This document shows positions 26,726 through 39,778 of a DNA stretch of 64,000 bases, in pieces. The DNA is from Octopus vulgaris (lineage: Eukaryota). The stretch's first letter is position 1. Each line of letters begins with the position of its first letter. The notes beneath the pieces were generated by a model. That model saw only the letters and a list, made by a program, of their open reading frames with translations. It was not told the DNA's origin and did no database searches. Location of the stretch: contig OX597824.1 of NCBI GenBank assembly GCA_951406725.2, forward strand, positions 32,922,001 through 32,986,000. Direction: 5' to 3'. Both the position numbers and the translations under genes were made by a program.

Positions 26726-28684
26726 CTAAAACAATAAAAGAAAATGAGAAAAAAAAATAATACAAATAAAAACATCTGAAATCTACTGTTTTCCACATTT
26801 TTAAAGTTTTAATAATGAATATCTGATCATCTGAACCAACAAATGACTGGCACTCCTCTCCATTACCTTCAAATAGTGCTCTCCAGAGCTAATTTCTATC
26901 CCCACTAAACTCTTATCTCTTTCCCTCTGAGCATATCTGAATCTTTTGAAATCTGCTATTAATGTATCCAATCCTTAAAAAGTACAAACTTTCTGACTTT
27001 GCATCAAAGCCATTTCCAACATATCAACAGTGATGGTAATATTCTTCCTTCAGTACATTAAATTTGTCCCTCTTCATTGACCAGCATAATGATTCTATAG
27101 AGCCAGATCTGCAGGGGCCTCGCTCTCTTTAGTCACTAACCAGTAGGTCCTTCATCTTGATAACTTCATTGAAAGCAATGTTGTAGCAATAAACATTACC
27201 AAAATCATAACGATATCCAGCATGAAAACCTCCAAGCTAAGTTGAGGCGTTCATCTTTCCTTTCTAGGATTCGAAGTTCCTAGTCTGACTGCACCATCGC
27301 AACATATCCCAACGAGTTCCTTCAAAACCACCTGCTACTGACTGTGGTGAATGCTAAGGCTTAGTAATCTCTCCTATACTCTCCTTACTGTACATTCATC
27401 AACTGCTTGCTGTCACTTCTAAGCAATTCATATTCCTATACAGACAAAAGAATGCTTTACTTCTCCTTGGCCTTCTACTCACTTGTCAAAGACCTCAAAC
27501 AGGAACATTCAACAGGAACATACCAGCTGAGTCACTTTCCTACATGGCACAAACACTTAATCATTATGAATGTTCACATGTTAAACAATTTGTACCTCAC
27601 ATGATCGAGAATAAAACACAACGGAGGTTCCAAAGTTGCTACAAATAAATGTTAGGCCACACAGTCTCTAATAATAACCCCACCTCCCATGTATAATACT
27701 GCCAAAAGTGCATCACAAAAACTGATTCTTTTTTAGAGCCAAGAAATACTTAAATGCCAGTCAGTTGTTGACTTTCTACAGAATCCATGTAACTCCCATA
27801 ATGAAGAACTGTTCAGTGCTATGAGACACTTCAGCTGTTGCTAGATCTAGATTCACACGATGACATGATTGACCAGACTATTGAATGTTTGTTATACATT
27901 ACTGATCAGAAGGCTAGGATTACCCATTTACAACTCAGTGGACTGAAGTAATATGAAATAAAGTGTTTTGCTCAAGAACATAATGCACTGCTCAGTCCAG
28001 AAATTGAACTTGGGATTACTAGATTTTGAGTGCAACACTAACCACTAGGCCTTCACTAGATTACTTGAAATAAATAACTTACTAAGAAAATTCTCAAAGG
28101 AAAATAATCTTACACATGTGGGATAAAAGATCCCTTATTTGAAACACAGTTAAGGGTTAGTGACAGGAAGAAAATCTGGCTGTAAAATAATAACTTCAAT
28201 AAGATATACGTCTAACCCAAAGCCAGCATGGGAAAATGGACATTAAAAAAAAACACACAAACTTTACACCACTATCAACTTTATGTCACTTATAACAAGA
28301 TTAAAGTAGAGTTTAGTTCTGTGTAATAAACAGTTACTAATACTCCCAGTAGTTGTGAATTTGAAAAGGTTCAATGAGATTGCTATTAAGTTTTTAAAAA
28401 TCTATCATTTTAAAAGTGGAATTTATAAATGTACATTCAAGATACTCTGTAAAGTGGTTGATGTTAAGAAGGGCATCAAGCCACAGAAACTATGCAGAAG
28501 CTGACAATGGAGCTTGGCATGGTCTTCTAGCTTGCCAGTTCCAGTTGAAACATCCAATTCTTGCCAGCAAAGAGAATGTTAAATGGTAATGATAATGTTG
28601 ATGGTGATATTGTTGTTTGAAAAGAAAACTAAACGACTGTGTAATTAGTTATGACAAAAATATATAAATTTAATTAACACCTAC

Positions 28685-28717
28685 CTATTCGGCTAGGGCG
28701 CTTCAATTCAGTCACTT
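28685..28717 (-). CDS. CCDC9: 33-nt microexon (phase 1-1): EVTELKRPSRI
   Basis: tttcttgccctgcag|AAGTGA...GAATAG|gtaggt. Strong splice sites and in frame. Confidence 0.7.
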
Positions 28718-31472
28718 CTGCAGGGCAAGAAACTACTGCAATATTTACAATATAATAAAAATGTTTTGCAGGTTTACAAAAGAGGGCAAAATGGAAGGAT
28801 ATTAAAAGAGAAACAAAAGCAACACATATAGCAGATATCTAAATATATTTTGTTTGGATATAAGTCAAAATATTATAGATTAATTCTCATACAAATTGAT
28901 ACTCACCAAATATAAAGCATTTGTCACAGTTTGCTAACTTTTATAACATTTGAATTCCCAGCTAGAAATATTCAAAAGTCTAAAAGGATCTCAGGAATAC
29001 AAGAAAAAAACACACCCCAAAAACTATTTACTCATGGAAATATCAATAGAAAAAAAAATGAAAAAATTTAGTCACACAATACTATCCTATAAACATACAT
29101 ACATTTGAGTCCACATCAAGGTGTCTGGAATGAGATCAAGTTAACTAATATTCCTCAAAATGGCAGTTAAGATTTGTTATAAGTAAGCTATAACGAGAAC
29201 ATGTGTGAGTGGAACAACAGCAGGTAAGCAATATTATGATTTGTCAATACAGAAGATGTTGTATCATAAAATAGGTAAAGTACCGGAGGCGGGGTGGGGG
29301 AAGAGAAAAATAAATAAATAAATAAAAACCTGTGGTATTTAGAGACATTCCTGGCTCAATTCTCACTGAGTATGAACATGTTTTTTTTTTCCTCCAAATT
29401 ATGTGCCAATACCAAAAACCATAATTTATAAATGTAAGTAATGCATTAAGAACACATAAATTAATATTTACTAATTATTATTACTAATAATTGAAGCTAT
29501 TACAAATATCAGATATTAGTTACAGAACTTAGATGAACCAAAAAAGAAAAGACTTCAAAGAAGAAAAAAACGAAAAACCCTACATTACAAGAAATAGATT
29601 TCTGTAACTATTTTTCTGAGATAAAAATCATTATTTTAGAAGTATATATTGTTTGAAGATAATTTGCTACGATTATCATTAGTTAACATTTCCAGTTATT
29701 CCAGAGGCAAAATTCAAGGTAACAACCAAAATGCATAATGCTGCATATGAACTAATTATAGAAAGAGTGAAATTTATAGAGTCAATATATAGTTACAAAT
29801 AAATAAATATGTGACTAGATTTAAAAGTATACCATATATTATGTAGAACACATTTAGGCATGCTAATTGTGAGGTGAAATGGCATCAAATTTTTGTATCA
29901 AGATAATTTAATGATTTAGAGTCTGTAAGCAGCATTCCAAAAATGAGCTTATTTAAATATCTCACCATCTCTCTCTCTCTCTTTTTCTAGATAGGAAAGA
30001 CATGTATCCACCTGTTCAGCAAGACACTTGCTCCTGTCTCTCCACCATACTTTCAGTCCTACACCCCACAGAGTTGAGGTTTTGTCATATGGGTACTCAA
30101 TGATATCACCAGTGATGGGGCCATGAAAAAAGCACCCAGTACACTCTGTAAAATGGTTGGCATTAGGAAGGGCATCCAGCTGCAGAAACCATGCTAAAAC
30201 AGACAAGTGGAGCTTAGTGCAACCTACTGTTCATCAGTTTATATCAAACCATCCAAGTCATGCCAGCATAGAACAAGAACCTTAAATGAGGATGGTGAGT
30301 TGCAATTGAAATCACAAAGATTCTTAACTGTAAAGTAATATGCAACAATTAATATTAAATTCTGAAACATGATGGTCTAAGAAAAAAATTAAATCTACCA
30401 ATGTAGTATTATTAATAAATTTAAATATTCTAAACTATTTGAACCACTAAAGTGAATTAACGTTTTTAAAAGAAAATATTTTATCTTGTTACTTAGGTTA
30501 ATGTACAACGCTTAGTTTTGTTTAGTTTATTATTATCAGGTGTTATTTACTCTCAGCATGTTCAATATCATTTGAGTCTTTTCTCAGCCTTCATACACAA
30601 TCACCGAAAGATAGTTTAGTCCAGTCCTTGAGGTTATCAAACCAGTTTGCCTTAGAACTTCCTTGAGTGTTTGCTATTTATCTTTCCTCCTAATAATGCT
30701 CTTTAATTACCTTGTACTCTTAGTACTTAATCACATTATTGTGATTGACCAGACAATCAGGTCTTGTTATATGCCACTAGTCACAATGTGCCTTGCATCA
30801 TTTTACCTTTCAAATGATGCCACCCTGCTGGCTATGCAAGCAAGCAGGCCCACCTTCCCCCTGATCAAAAAGCTAGTCAATTGCAGGGTCACCCATTTAC
30901 AACTGAGTGGACTGGACTGGAGCAATATGAAATGAAGTGTTTTGCTCAAAAACACAATGCACTACTTGGCCCAGGAATTGAGCCCAGGATCTAGAGATCA
31001 TGAGTGCAACACCGTAACTGCTAGGCCACTACATAAATATTAAAATGTGGCAAAACAGTAACTAGTTTCGGGAATACAAGAACTAACATCATATATTGCA
31101 CAGGTTAATTATTACATAAAACCATAAGTAAAAGATGATGTTCTATAAAGATGCTTTTAGTGCAAATGTATCTCGTACAAAATGTGCTTAAACAAGAAGT
31201 CTCAGGCTGTGAAGTGTTGCAATGGAAATACTTGATCTTTTGTTTATTGCATAACACAAAGAAAGTTTAGATATAGCATGCTGATGGAAATAATCAAATG
31301 CATATCAAAAATATGCTCAATAAAAAAGGAGCCAACAACTTGAGGAATTTGATATTAATGGTCGTTAATATCCTCATGCACAGGAGACAAGGAAAACTGT
31401 GGAACAGCAGCAGTGCTATCTCTATCAGACCAAAGACTTCTTGACAAAAACATTATTCCTTGATAATAAATT

Positions 31473-31554
31473 ATGAATTCTAACAATTTATTCCTTAATT
31501 TTCAAATGCTGCCATGAATTCTAACAATTTATTCCTTAATTTTCAAATGTTGCC
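31473..31554. repeat. 41-bp tandem duplication
   Basis: ATGAATTCTAACAATTTATTCCTTAATTTTCAAATG(C/T)TGCC twice. Confidence 0.9.
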
Positions 31555-32750
31555 AAGACAACCAAATTGATATGAACTTGAAGAATTAATCCATATAAAC
31601 ACAACACAACACAGAAATATGTATACAGATGTAAATAATTCATTTATGTACATTAGTAACATTTTCTCCCATGTCCAACCTATCAATTTTAATGCAATAT
31701 ATATAACACTCTCACTCTCCAAATCTTTTCTCTTTTTATAAAAATCTTTCTGTCACTTCAAACTCAACTCACACAACTTCTCTCTCTCCGGAGCAAATAG
31801 ATTTTCCTCTTCATCTTGTCTTTGCTTTAATAACTCTTATGATGACTCATTTGGTCAGCTTCATATCTACACCATCCTCATACAATTACATCATTCTTAC
31901 AGTTGATAAACAGCAGTCATAACTAATAACCTGTCTAACAAGTAAACAAGTAGTTTGACATAAATACATGTTAGGACTTCACACTTTTTCATTTCTTCGT
32001 GTATTTAATTACTTAAATGCTTCTTCATAACCACACAAGTTTCCCCTATGCCATCCATACAATTCATTCAGCAACAATTTGCTGAAATTAAATGCTCCCT
32101 TCTTTTGGAAATTTCTTCAATTTTTTTTTTTTACACTTGTTTCAGTAATTGCACTGTGGCCATGCTGGAGCACTGCCTTGAGAGGTTTAGCTGAAGGAAT
32201 CGACCCCAGTATTTTGCAAGTCTGGTACTGATTCTACTGGTCTCTTTGCCATAGCATTAAATCATGGAAACATAGACAAACCAACATTGGTTGTCAAGTG
32301 GTGATGGGCAAGGACACACACCCTTAAAAGTCTCAAACTCTTCTCAAACATCAACACTCTCCAGAACTAATTAAAACTGTTTCTCAAAAACCTATGCTTG
32401 ATTTTCAAAGTTAGAAAATACACTAGCTCCAAACAGTTGCCACTTACATGACAGATATGCTTACACATAAACTAAAGATTGTATTGAAAAGAAACTCATC
32501 TAATGTTTTGGCCATAACATTTTCCAGTCACTAACAAACCAACAGCCTGTCTCTTCCCTCTATCTATATAGATGTACAATAGTGGTAAACAGTGAAAACA
32601 AGTGCTCAACACTGCATTTGGTAGATACTCCTTATTTGTGGATTAACAATTAATGCCACCAACGTAGAAATTTTGCAACTTTCCAAACCTTCCATATTGG
32701 ATGAGATTCATCCAACATAGGAGCCAGTTACCGATACAGACAAATATACA

Positions 32751-33212
32751 TACACATTATTTACATTTGACAGTTATTGGTCCTCATCTTGTTTGTTGCT
32801 AACAGTTTCGGCTGATATATACCCTCCAGCTTTCATCAGGTGTCTTGGGGAAATTTCGAACCTAGGTTCTCATTCCGAAGGTATTTTTCAATGTTATTAT
32901 TATTATTCAGGTCACTGCTTGGAATCAAACTAGGAATCTTGGGGTTAAGAGCACAGGTTACTAACCCCATGATTCCTAGTTTGATTCCAGGCAGTGACCT
33001 GAATGATGATGATGATCATAATAATAATAATAACAACAACGAAAAATACCTTAGGAATGAGAACCTAGGTTCAAAATTTCCCCAAGACACCTGATGAAGG
33101 CTGGAGGGTATATCAGCTGAAACGTTGTGTTAACAACAAACAAGATGAGGACAAATATCCGTCAAATGTAAATAATGTACATATTTCCTCATCTCTTAAA
33201 TACAGAACTGTA
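32751..33212. mobile_element. Fold-back element (about 190-bp arms, about 30-nt tail) with hammerhead motif and tRNA-like head
   Basis: TACACATTATTTACATTTGAC... against ...GTCAAATGTAAATAATGTA; centre near 32950. Confidence 0.85.
33086..33131 (+). ncRNA. Minimal type-I hammerhead ribozyme motif (Penelope type)
   Basis: gacac-CTGATGA-a-GGCTG gagggtatat CAGCT-GAAACGTT-gtgtt. Stem I gacac/gtgtt, 5-bp stem II, palindromic ACGT stem III, GUU triplet. Confidence 0.75.
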
Positions 33213-33449
33213 TACGTACACATATATATCATTTAATGTTCGCAACATTAAAATAAAAGCTACTAATAGTTTATTGCAATGGAGACACTGATTTTTATAA
33301 TGTGCTTTGTATTTTTATAACTTTATAATGTGCTTTGTATCTCCAAGCAATCTTCAAGCTCAGGGAACATGGTTAGTTAATCCTACTAAAATGGAACAGC
33401 AAACAATGTGTGTGTGTATGTGTATAACTTACTCACAAGATACAGGAAT

Positions 33450-33487
<38 letters not shown>

Positions 33488-33610
33488 TCTGCCTAAATAA
33501 TGGAACTACAGATACAATATCCCTGCATATCTCACGTCTCTTTTCATTCCTCCACTTCATTCTCTATTACATTTTCTAGAATAACTATTGCTTAACCATT
33601 TTCTCACACA

Positions 33611-33658
33611 GTCTCCAATGAAGGGATATATAAAATATCCCGGAAACAGCTGTAAGAC
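33611..33658 (+). ncRNA. Minimal hammerhead motif with mutated core (CCAAUGA)
   Basis: gtct-CCAATGA-a-GGGATAT ataaa ATATCCC-g-GAAACAGCTGTA-agac. Perfect stems I and II and palindromic ACAGCTGT, inside a roughly 240-bp insert between (TA)n tracts (33483-33720). Confidence 0.7.
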
Positions 33659-34573
33659 CTATTTATAAATGTTCTGAAATTTTTCACAGCTCTGGATTTT
33701 TATCTCATTCTGTAAATTTTTATATATATATTTATATATACCTGTATATTTGCTGCTTTTTTTTTCATCTGGTCTATAATTTGTAGATTTATAAAACTGT
33801 TCACTTAACGATTTGAGGTTAATATTACAATTTAATAATTCCGTATGAATATAAAGACACATTTGGTCAGCCATGCATAATTGAACAACATACAGAGAGC
33901 AAAATAAAAAGAAAGAAAAAAGTGAGTATATTTCATATTTTTCACAGTAACAAAACAGATTTTTCTGAGAACAAGTCACTTAATAAGAAATACAAAATAT
34001 ACTGTCGATAAGGTGAATAAAGAAAACAAATATCCAAGTTATATGTGAATTGAGTAAATATATAAATTAAGAATGAATACACACACACACAAATATAAAA
34101 TGCAACAACTTAGGAAATTATATTTTGTGAAATAGCATTATCAAATAACCAATAAGATGCAAAATGTAACAAAAATATTCAAACACAAAATCAAACTGAC
34201 ATGCAACAAAAAATAATGCGAAACAGAATTATGAATAATCAAACAATCCTAATTTAAACCAAAATCATTAAGAATAAACATTTCAACAATAAATATCTGT
34301 ATGAGTGAGTAGAAGAAAGAGAGAACAATGAAGAGAGTTTGTTTGTGTGTGTGTGTGTGTGCATGCACACAATCATGTACAAGTGTGACTGCGTGTTTTA
34401 TATACATAATGGAATATATATTCAGCATTAACACCATTCGTCCTATTTTTTGCTAAACACTGAAGAGGTAGACCAACAAGCAATTATGTAAACCTGGCAG
34501 TAATTTATTGAAACACGTATATGTTTTATAAAGCATAAAATACCATATATTTTCTGTATGCTATGAATACTAA

Positions 34574-34576
<3 letters not shown>

Positions 34577-34615
<39 letters not shown>

Positions 34616-34812
34616 CTATCTATCTATCTACATATATCTATCTATCTATCTACATATCTCTATCTATCTATCTATCTACATATCTCTATCTATCTATCTA
34701 TCTACATATATCTATCTATCTATATCTATCTATCAATCTACCTATCTATCTATATCTATCTATCAATCTACCTATCTATCTATCTATATATATATATATA
34801 TGTGTGTGTGTG
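34577..34812. repeat. Compound (TA)n/(TATC)n/(TG)n microsatellite
   Basis: Direct inspection. Confidence 0.95.
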
Positions 34813-35895
34813 CCTGTATTGGTTTATATAGAATAACGAATGTTGTATTCAGATAAGATATGAAGAGAAAAAATTTTTTTTCTTAAATGTTATTAACAAA
34901 ATATATTAGCTTAACTGTCATGTATTAAATTTCGCATTTAATTTTAAAATGTTTCAAATTCCAATAAACGTGGATTCGATGTCAAAACACTTTTACAAAT
35001 TGCATTTCCCAATATCACTTTTCCTTCAATTAGCCTTACAACCTAACACTTCTCCCCAACACACTAAAGATCTGCTTGTCTGACTATGTATTTTGATTTC
35101 TGTGTGTGTGTATGTGTTTGTGTGTGTGTGAATACACTCTTCTAGGAAAACAAACAAGAGAAAGAAAATAGATAAAGAGGGAGAGAGAGAGAAAGAGAGA
35201 GAGCTACAATTAATAGATCCAAATCCTGAGTTTCATGCAGTAAATTTTCTCATTGGAATGGTTAAGTATTTACAATAAATCAAACATTTTTTTTTTTTAT
35301 TTGGCACCTTATTTCTGTGAGGAAAATTTTGTAATTTAAGCTAAATTAATTCTCATAGCCTCGAGATGTTTTTGAGATTTTGAAATCACATATTCATTCT
35401 ATTTAAAATTCTTTCTTAATGAAAATATAAAAAAACACACTTATTAAGTGGCCGATTCTCAGAAAGTTTTTTTTTTAATGAAACATTATGTTAGAAAGTT
35501 TTCTTTCTTTTTTTTTTATTTTTTTTAAATAAAATATTATGTCAGAAAATCTATGAAATGGAACATAGCATTTAACTGACAGAATGAAGGCTATAAAAGT
35601 CAGGATATGAAACTCTTATTAATCAATTCCCACTTCACTGACACACATATATATATTTATGAGTGAAGTGGGAAGTAATTTAACACATAGTCACAAACAT
35701 GCATCAAGCACTCTAATGTAATTGCATAAATGTCCTATATAATTTGTGTGTGTTTTGTGTGTAAACATGCTTGTATACTTGAATGTGTGTGTTAGCAAAC
35801 CACAAACAAACAGTTTTTTTTTTAAAAAGAACATTAGAAGAACACATGCAGCAAATATCCAGCATCAGATAAACTTAAACAGTTGATGCAGGTAC

Positions 35896-35973
35896 CTTTG
35901 GTTCCAGGGGCTTCACCCCTCTGGCGGTCATCTCTTTCGCCACGGTCAAAACGACCACTGCCAATTCGACCAG
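35896..35973 (-). CDS. CCDC9: CCDC9-like exon (78 nt, phase 1-1): AGRIGSGRFDRGERDDRQRGEAPGTK
   Basis: ttcttgttag|CTGGTC...CCAAAG|gtacct. GC-rich island with an open R/G/D-rich frame. Confidence 0.85.
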
Positions 35974-36164
35974 CTAACAAGAAGAAAAAAGTAAGGAATC
36001 TGTTTAATTATGTTATTAGTAAAAGAGAGAAATGGGTGTGAAGAAGATTAATAATAGAGACATGGAGATTTATTTATATATATAATATATATAGGATAAG
36101 GAAACGAAATGAATGAAAGTATAAAGAATTCCTTCATTGTCATTTGCGTTGGCATGGTACCTAC

Positions 36165-36257
36165 ATAGTAGTCCTACTTTTTGTCTCCTTTCAGGTGATA
36201 TGCTTTTCTGAACGTTTGAACAAAGCCTCATCTCTTCTGACACACAGACAGACTCCA
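36165..36257 (-). CDS. Possible alternative 93-nt exon (phase 1-1): VESVCVSEEMRLCSNVQKSISPERRQKVGLL
   Basis: Strong polypyrimidine acceptor (cctgtatgtctag|TGGAG) and open frame. The donor CTAT|gtaggt is weak. Not counted in the 3192-nt model. Confidence 0.3.
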
Positions 36258-39200
36258 CTAGACATACAGGAAACAGGGGGGAAAAAAAAGAAAAAAAAAA
36301 AAATTCAGCAAATGAATTTGGTCTAATTAATGTTCCATAATTAAAATGATGGGAAATAGCAACATGTAAGATGGTTTAGGAAACAAGAGGAGGAGAGAGA
36401 TCAATTGGTCTTCATAACAAGATATATATATGCGCACCTCTATGCAAAATAATACTATCTAAGAATGAATTCTGCAGACTATAGATTCCCCATTAATCCA
36501 GATGTCTCTTTGAAAATGGTGTATAATCCTTTAGCATTCAGATTACTCTGTCAAATGAAGGTGCATGGCTTATTGGTTAGAGTATTTAGCTCATGATCGA
36601 AAGGGCATGAGTTTGATTCCTGGGGGTGTGTTGTGTCCCTGAACAAGACACTTCATTTCATGTTGCTCCAGTCTACTCAGCTGAAAAAAAATGAGTACTA
36701 CCTGTATTTCAAAGGTCAACCATGTCACATTCTGTGTCACGCTGAATCTCCCTGAGAACTATGTTCAGGGTAGTAGTCAGCCACTCGTACATGAATTTCA
36801 TAAGCAGGCAGTTCTGTCGATCAAATCAAATGGAACCTTTGTTGTTGTAACTGATAGAGTGACAGTTAGTTACAGTTACTACAATTGTGACAGTTAGTTA
36901 CGGCCACTATTACTCCTTTAATATATTTTAGACATATTAGCAATGCTAATTTATTCACATTATTTTGAATAAATCATATATTATCATGTAGTTTTGAAAT
37001 TTCAACTATCTGATTGTTTATATTTAGAATGACATTGTAAGATAGGTGTGAGAGGCTGGATCAAGCCATTTTGAACATAAAACAGGTAGAATATTTGGGC
37101 CAGATAATGCTGGTTTAACTCTAACAGGATAAATTATAAAATCTTCAACTGGATAATCTCATTTGAAAATGGATTGCAAATTTCCTAAGTAATATACAAT
37201 GAAATGTGAGGTTTGTGAAAAACTTGTGGTAGTCAGTGTCAGGGGGGAAAAAAATTACAGTTTAATAACATTCATAAAATAGATTGTTTGAGTGCTGCAA
37301 AGAGAAAGGAAGTGTAATGTCTTAGCGTAGAGATTTCATCATCAATATCATCATCATCATTTAATATTCATTTTCCATGTTGGCATGGGTTGGACTGTTC
37401 GACAGGAGCTGGCAAGGCCAGAAGCCATACCAGGTTCTATAGTCTGTTTTGGCATGGTTTCTACAGCTGGATGCCCTTCCTAATACCAACCACTTTGCAA
37501 AGTGTGTCTGATCATATCATCATCATCATCATTTAATGTCTGTTTCCCAAGCTGGCATGGGTTGGATGGTTTGACAGGAGCTGGTAAAGTGGAGAGCTGC
37601 ACCAGGATCTAGTCATCCATTTTGGTTTGGTTTCTATGGCTGGATGCCCTTCCTAATACCAACCACTTTGCACTTATAGACTGAGCGGTAACCCAAGGAG
37701 AAGGCTGATGGCCTGAAATGTTGAATGACAGTTTTGAAGTGCTACTTCTAGGTGTTGCTCTTGGCATTTAGAGAGTCTGAACTGGTGCTGTTACATAACA
37801 GGTGCCTTGTTCCACCAATCTGTAACATATAGGTTGAGCTTGCATGCAATCCAGTAGATGGAGTTAGTAGTGGGAAAACTGTGTTTTATGGAGAGCTACC
37901 ATTGGGGATAACAATCTGGGGTAAGAACTCTTAAATGGAGAAGACAGGCTTGTGTCTAATCATATCATCATCATCATTTAATGTCTGTTTCCCAAACTGG
38001 CATGGGTTGGACGGTTTGATAGGAGCTGGTAAAGCGGAGAGCTGCACCAGGATCTAGTCATCCATTTTGGTTTGGTTTCTATGGCTGGATGCCTTTTGTA
38101 ATGCCAACCACCTTACAGTATGTACTAGGTACTTGTTAAGTGGCATAGATATGGGTGCTTTTTACATGGTGCTGGCACATGCCAAAGAAAACTGGTAGAA
38201 GGGATTTTTACTATGGCTTTGGAGAATGAGTGAATTTGTCCAACAGACAATGACAGCTGTTTGAAGTAATTCCACAAGTCAACAATTCTCATTTACTACT
38301 GAACATCTTGGGCAAGTCTAACTGACAGCAGCACATCCAGGCCTGTAAAACTACTCTTGAAGCACAATGATTCCAGTAATGCTGCTATCTCTACATTAAT
38401 ACCAGAATTATTTTGGCAGATCCCTTGCTATCAGCCAAAGCATAAAACAACAGTCGTCTCCCTTCGATTGACAACGAGAATTGAATGCAGGATTTATTTT
38501 GTTCCTTTGAGCTCACTACACTTCATATATTGCTGGCCATCTGCCATGTCATACTTTGAGAATTTATCATCACCAGCATTGACTGGCCAGAGATGCTAAA
38601 AAATTGAAAGCCTAGACCAAAAATGCTTCTGGAATCTTTCCTTGGCTGTATACAATGCAATTCTTAAATTGTTGTCACTCATCACTTCTGCTAATGCTTT
38701 ATGGGGTGAGGTGACTGAGTCTAGGATATAAGATTGCTGTGAGCATCTGGAAAACACTCCAATAGTCATCAAATCAAATATTACAGACACACAGACGGGA
38801 ACAACATGCAGGTAAGTAGATTCACTAAACAAATTCTTGGGTGTTGTGAAGATAGAATAATGAAATAATCATTAAAAAAATTACATAAGAAAATTAAGTG
38901 ACAATACTATGTATGTTAATACAGAGGTTTAGGCTAATAAATTTGATATAATCACTAAAAGACCACAAAGATAAAATGTATATAAATGATTGATAAACAA
39001 ACACATATCAATGAAACAGAACAACTCTCAGAATATAAACAGATTTACAGGTAAAATAGGAAGACCATTAGGTTACAGGTAGGTTTTATAAATTAAACTC
39101 CTTACCAGAGACCTTTTCAAATCAAGAATTATTGAATATAGCTCTTATGAGAAACAGCTACATACTGATGAAAATTATGTCCATGGGAGACAGATGACCA

Positions 39201-39412
39201 CACAAAATACACAAAACACTAAAATAGAGACCAAGTCCTTGCAAGTCAACCAAACACCTGGGGCTTAGTACTTGCATACAGAGGGACACAGACCCACCCA
39301 CCCACCCACACAAACATAATTACATAGTTAAAGCTAACCCCACAACTCATGAATAATCTGGTATGATATAAAAAAAGAAAACATAAAATGAAAAAAAAAG
39401 CATTACAATAAT

Positions 39413-39778
39413 AACAAGAGCACTCAGAGAGCGCAAACCTCCACCAAGGCAATACCAATGTCCTCTCAACGATTAGCCAGGGATGATTTTTAAAATGAGA
39501 ATATCTAGAATAAACTCAACTGCTCTCACAAACGAGAATACTAAAAATGAACCAGACTGCTATCAAAAATTGAGTTAAAAAACAGGAAAAATAATTCAGA
39601 ATCCTTGTCCGGTACCAGACTGATCCCAAAATCTAATAAGTTCATGCCAGTCATGAGGCCAAACATCTCTGAAAGTTTCATCCAAATCCATCCAGTGATT
39701 CTTGAGACATCTTGTCCATGTACAAACAAACAAATATGACTGAAAACAATACTGCCATCTTTGCTAAGGTGGAGGTAA
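39413..39778. mobile_element. Non-autonomous Helentron/DINE-1-like element
   Basis: Starts AACAAGAGCACTCAGAGAGCGC. Subterminal inverted repeats ACCTCCACC (39437) and GGTGGAGGT (39768); internal AAGTTTCATCCAAATCC and (ACAA)n. Confidence 0.6.

Noticed and set aside
24522-26760. Plus-strand ORFs overlapping the large exon
   Set aside because: Antisense shadows of a low-complexity coding frame.
24147-26798. 883-aa ORF as a single-exon membrane or secreted protein
   Set aside because: The hydrophobic N-terminus is the polypyrimidine tract and the C-terminus is intron read-through. Splice sites at 26725 and 24557 define an internal exon.
38170-38850. Possible decayed LINE or transposase fragments (similar stretches at about 26850-27800 and 41780-42420)
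   Set aside because: They look like old transposon sequence, but I could read no diagnostic motif, so they are left unannotated.
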